64,000 nt of DNA from Spirochaetia bacterium (GTDB lineage Bacteria; Spirochaetota; Spirochaetia; DSM-2461): assembly GCA_963666985.2 (NCBI GenBank), contig CAXXIA010000002.1:672001-736000 (forward strand), read 5' to 3'. The translations under genes and the position numbers were made by a program. Below, piece after piece: positions 60,870-64,000 of the stretch. The number at the start of each line of letters is the position of its first letter. The first letter of the stretch is position 1. The notes below the pieces were generated by a model. The model was not told the origin of the DNA. It made no database searches and saw only the letters and a list, made by a program, of their open reading frames with translations.

Positions 60870-61967
60870 TTAGAAATTGATGATGGTTCCGTCTTTTTCT
60901 GAGTTGTAAATGCCCTCGAGGATTCGAGTTACAACCAAGGCCTCTTCCGGCTTCACAAGAGGGTCCGTATCGTTAATGACGGCGTTCAGCCACTGACGGG
61001 CTTCAAGATCCCCAGGTGCGGATGAATCAGAGTCGAAATAGGCGACACCTCCGGTGCCGGAGACGTGTTCCTCCATCATCTGTCCATACTGGGTTTTATT
61101 GAGAATCAGTTCGTAGGGAGGAGCCATGCCGCCGCGCAGTTCCGCGCCGCCCTCGGTGCCGCAGAGAGTCGTACAGGCTTCACGAGATTCAAGAACATTC
61201 AGAACCCAGGACGACTCAAGGAACACCGTGGCTCCGTTTTCGAACTTGATGAATCCGAAGGCCGAGTCTTCAACCTCATAGGTGGTAGGATCCCAGGGGC
61301 CGAAGACGTTTCCTTCAACCTTGTCCGCCATCTTGTAAAACACCGATCCGGTGACACTCTTCGGCTTGTAGTTGTTCATCATCCAGAGGGTGATGTCCAG
61401 AGCATGGGTGCCGAGATCGATCAGCGGTCCGCCGCCCTGCTGAGCCTTGTCCATGAACACTCCCCAGGTCGGAACGGCCTTTCTCCGGATGGCGTGGGCC
61501 TTGGCGAAATAAATGTCGCCGAGATTCCCGGACGCGCAGGCCTTCTTCAGAGTCAGCACGTCTTGCCTGAATCGGTTTTGATACCCGATGGTGAGTTTCT
61601 TCCCTGTTTTCTTCGCAGCATCCAGCATCTTCTTGGCGTCCTCATAAGTATGAGCCATGGGTTTTTCGCACATGACATGCTTCCCGGCATTTAACGCGTC
61701 GACCGTAATTTTCGAATGAAGGACGTTGGGGGTAAGGACATGAATGACGTCGATGGAATCGTCATTCAGGAGTTCCATATAGTCGGCGGAAATCTTCGCA
61801 TAGCCATCGGCATACTCCTTATTCGCTTTTTCCGCCCGTTCAATTTTTATATCGCAGAATGCAACCAACTCACAAAGATCCGATTGATGAGACAGGGAAG
61901 GAAGGTGTTTTTGATTGGCGATTCCTCCGCACCCTACAAGACCTATTTTCAATTTCTTGTTGTTCAT
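60870..61967 (-). CDS. dgpA: Gfo/Idh/MocA oxidoreductase, DgpA-like glycoside 3-oxidoreductase
   Basis: AAGGAG RBS; GCGGIANQKH, CEKPM, IGYQNRFR, AIRRKAVPTWGVFMDK..QGGGPLID.GTHALD, FGPWDP..EVEDSA, PLVKPEEAL; strongly resembles DgpA as recalled. Confidence 0.78.
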   Translation of the reverse strand: MNNKKLKIGLVGCGGIANQKHLPSLSHQSDLCELVAFCDIKIERAEKANKEYADGYAKISADYMELLNDDSIDVIHVLTPNVLHSKITVDALNAGKHVMCEKPMAHTYEDAKKMLDAAKKTGKKLTIGYQNRFRQDVLTLKKACASGNLGDIYFAKAHAIRRKAVPTWGVFMDKAQQGGGPLIDLGTHALDITLWMMNNYKPKSVTGSVFYKMADKVEGNVFGPWDPTTYEVEDSAFGFIKFENGATVFLESSWVLNVLESREACTTLCGTEGGAELRGGMAPPYELILNKTQYGQMMEEHVSGTGGVAYFDSDSSAPGDLEARQWLNAVINDTDPLVKPEEALVVTRILEGIYNSEKDGTIINF

Positions 61968-61995
61968 AACTATCTCCTTACTTATCGTGATATCG

Positions 61996-62060
61996 ATGAT
62001 ACTCTGGCGAAATTCCCGGTCGCCACCTAAGAAACGACCACTTGATTTCAACTATCCGAC
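61996..62060 (-). promoter_or_regulatory. Island regulon promoter 2
   Basis: Minus strand GTCGGA-N16-GTCGT-N7-GTGGCG-N19-TATCAT. Confidence 0.7.
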
Positions 62061-62157
62061 CCTGATTGGTCGATCGATCAGGTTTTATTGAGTCGGTGTC
62101 TTGCTTCCGGTCCTCTGCAAAGCCTCATGAGACCAGCCGGTTATTTATTCCTGTGTC

Positions 62158-63273
62158 CTACAGGTTGATCTTCCGTCCTTCCCTTCCCGATTGATAGATG
62201 GCGCAGATCATCTGCTGCGTCTTGAAGGCTTCCGCAGCGGTTATGTCCGGCGTCTTGCCCGCGGCTAGGCTGGAATAGAAATTGTCAATCTGAATATGAT
62301 GCGTTTTTCCCCAGTAGGGTCGTGGCGTTCTCCAGGTGACCGGGAACATCTCGACGCCCCATTCGTCCAGCGTTCTCATGGCTGTATCAGAGGTCTTCTC
62401 GTCAAAGAAAGAGGCGTAGTCCTCCTCGCTCACCGAATCCAGCGGGTTGTTGACGATAGTGACCTCCCGGCCGTCCAGATACGTGATAACCGCCTTGTCG
62501 AACTCCATGACGGCCGTGCCGTTTTCGCACTGGGTTTCGATGACAACCGGAGCGTTGTAGGTGAAGTTGTTGGAGGCAAAAAACACAGAGGTAACGCCGC
62601 TGGTGTAGGTAATCAGTCCTTCGGCGGTATCCTCGGTTTCGATTTCAGGATGATTCCGATTGTAGAAGGACGACTGAATATTGGCAATCGGTTCGTCGAT
62701 GAACCAGCGGGCAACGTCCATGACATGGATGGCCTGATCGATCATCAGCGATCCGCCTTCCTTGTCCCAGGTGCCGTGCCAATCGCTTCTCTTGTAGTAC
62801 TCCGCCGGCTTTGACCAGGTCAGGATAATCCTCTGGCCGATGATTCGGCCAAGATCCTCGGCCAGGGCTTTCTTGATTCCCATGGATGCCGCGGTATAAC
62901 GGTTCTGGCTAATGATGCCGATGGTCACTCTGTTGCGGGAACCGGCATCAAGGATGCCCTGAGCCTGCTCCATGTTGATCGCCATAGGTTTTTCGGAGAG
63001 TACATGCTTCCCGAGATTCGCTGCATCGATAACCATCGGCGCGTGCAGATAATGGGGCGTCAGGACATGAACCACATCGATGTCGTCTCTGGCCAACAGT
63101 TCATGGTAGTCGCTGTAGCTATCGCATTGAAAAAGTTTCGCAGCCATTTCCCTGGAGGTCGGATTGATGTCGCAGACGGCCTTGATTTCAACCATTTTCT
63201 GCTTGTGAAGCGGATAGGCGTGCATGGAGAATATTGCTCCGCACCCGATGATTCCTACACGGTATTTGTTCAT
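62158..63273 (-). CDS. Gfo/Idh/MocA family oxidoreductase
   Basis: VGIIGCGAI, SEKPMA, QNRY, WHGTWDKEGGSLMIDQAIH, ETEDTA. Confidence 0.9.
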   Translation of the reverse strand: MNKYRVGIIGCGAIFSMHAYPLHKQKMVEIKAVCDINPTSREMAAKLFQCDSYSDYHELLARDDIDVVHVLTPHYLHAPMVIDAANLGKHVLSEKPMAINMEQAQGILDAGSRNRVTIGIISQNRYTAASMGIKKALAEDLGRIIGQRIILTWSKPAEYYKRSDWHGTWDKEGGSLMIDQAIHVMDVARWFIDEPIANIQSSFYNRNHPEIETEDTAEGLITYTSGVTSVFFASNNFTYNAPVVIETQCENGTAVMEFDKAVITYLDGREVTIVNNPLDSVSEEDYASFFDEKTSDTAMRTLDEWGVEMFPVTWRTPRPYWGKTHHIQIDNFYSSLAAGKTPDITAAEAFKTQQMICAIYQSGREGRKINL

Positions 63274-63356
63274 ATTCTGTCCTCAAAGTGTTTCGATTCT
63301 GTCCGGATACGGACGTATCGGCAGATCCATTGGCTTTAGGAAATCCGACATAAATG

Positions 63357-63421
63357 ATGGTACACCCCGGATTCAGGCGGGCGCCACAAACGAGACGACT
63401 ATTTGCTTTCGACTATCCGAC
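63357..63421 (-). promoter_or_regulatory. Island regulon promoter 3
   Basis: Minus strand GTCGGA-N16-GTCGT-N7-GTGGCG-N19-TACCAT. Confidence 0.7.
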
Positions 63422-63529
63422 TCAGCCGAATGCGGCTGAGGCCCATGGTTCAGGTGCCATGGGCTTCCTAAGAGGATCTCAGCGGTTCGTGTCGGGTTCA
63501 AAGCCCCGCAGAGCCCTGAAGGCCAGCCG

Positions 63530-63745
63530 GTGTGATCCATGAATACCAGCGCGGTCAGAGCCTCGATTACCGGGAACGATGCGCGGACAGATGATAGGAG
63601 CATGACGTCCTTCTGTGAGGATTTCAGCGGTTTTTCCGGCAATATTTCGTGTAGTCTGCGGCCTGCTGATGGAACTGGTGGGCCTGATCGCGACTCGGAA
63701 GATCTCCCATCCCGTATTGATGCCTCCGGCAGTATTGGAAAGAAC
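63530..63745 (-). pseudogene. aroC: Chorismate synthase C-terminal remnant
   Basis: SNTAGGINTG..IFRVAIRPTSSISRPQTT...EGRHAPIICPRIVP / frameshift / VIEALTALVFMDH; RHD signature degraded to RHA; N-terminus absent. Confidence 0.75.
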
Positions 63746-63816
63746 CATCCGATATGAATTAAAACATATACGGCAATCGTATATCCTCTACAAAACATAA
63801 CACCGACAGGAAATCC

Positions 63817-64000
63817 ATGATTAAAAAAGAAGAATTGAAATCCCGTATCGAAGAAATCAGCCAAAAATGTAAAGAAGCAGGCCTCGATGCTTTCGTCGTT
63901 ACATCCGGAGACAACCTGTATTATCTTACCGGGAAATCCATCATGCCGTTTGAACGACCCTTCATCCTGATTATTCCTTCTGATGGAGATCCTGTGTTCC
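63817..64000 (+). CDS. Xaa-Pro peptidase (M24) family protein, N-terminal creatinase domain; truncated by window end
   Basis: MIKKEELKSRIEEISQKCKEAGLDAFVVTSGDNLYYLTG..MPFERPFILII. Confidence 0.7.
   Translation, partial: MIKKEELKSRIEEISQKCKEAGLDAFVVTSGDNLYYLTGKSIMPFERPFILIIPSDGDPVF

Noticed and set aside
63373..63864. 163-aa minus-strand ORF
   Set aside because: Chance fusion of the frameshifted aroC tail with sequence antisense to the peptidase start and promoter 3

Overview
Bacterial chromosome segment, most likely from a free-living Spirochaetaceae-like anaerobe. This taxonomy is an inference from the 'FAxG' N-termini of the ABC solute-binding proteins and the gene repertoire. Bases 1-49.6 kb are mostly GC-rich backbone for sugar and nitrogen scavenging. 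They carry a GH116/enolase-superfamily sugar ABC locus with LacI, a liv-type ABC transporter, nitrilase-type ureidopropionase and dihydropyrimidinase, leuA with a Leu-rich leader attenuator, purC, glnA-glnE, sppA, a ribose-type ABC locus, and a deaminase-ygfM-xdhD-ygeW purine catabolism operon. Bases ~49.7-63.75 kb are an island-like block bounded by gene debris: IS91-like, ferritin and rubredoxin remnants on the left and an aroC remnant on the right. The block encodes an apparently complete C-glycoside-cleavage system: a DgpA-like oxidoreductase, DgpB/DgpC-like C-deglycosidase subunits, a second TIM-barrel protein, a second Gfo/Idh/MocA enzyme, an ABC importer and a YesM/YesN-type two-component pair. 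Three of its promoters share an operator motif visible in the sequence. An IS481-family element sits between the kinase and the regulator. Other notable signals are a GlnE with GlnD-like ACT domains, sigma-54 promoters with a shared enhancer-like motif at glnA and the liv operon, and a REP-like repeat family. All family assignments are by eye and from memory of the families; no database search was run.
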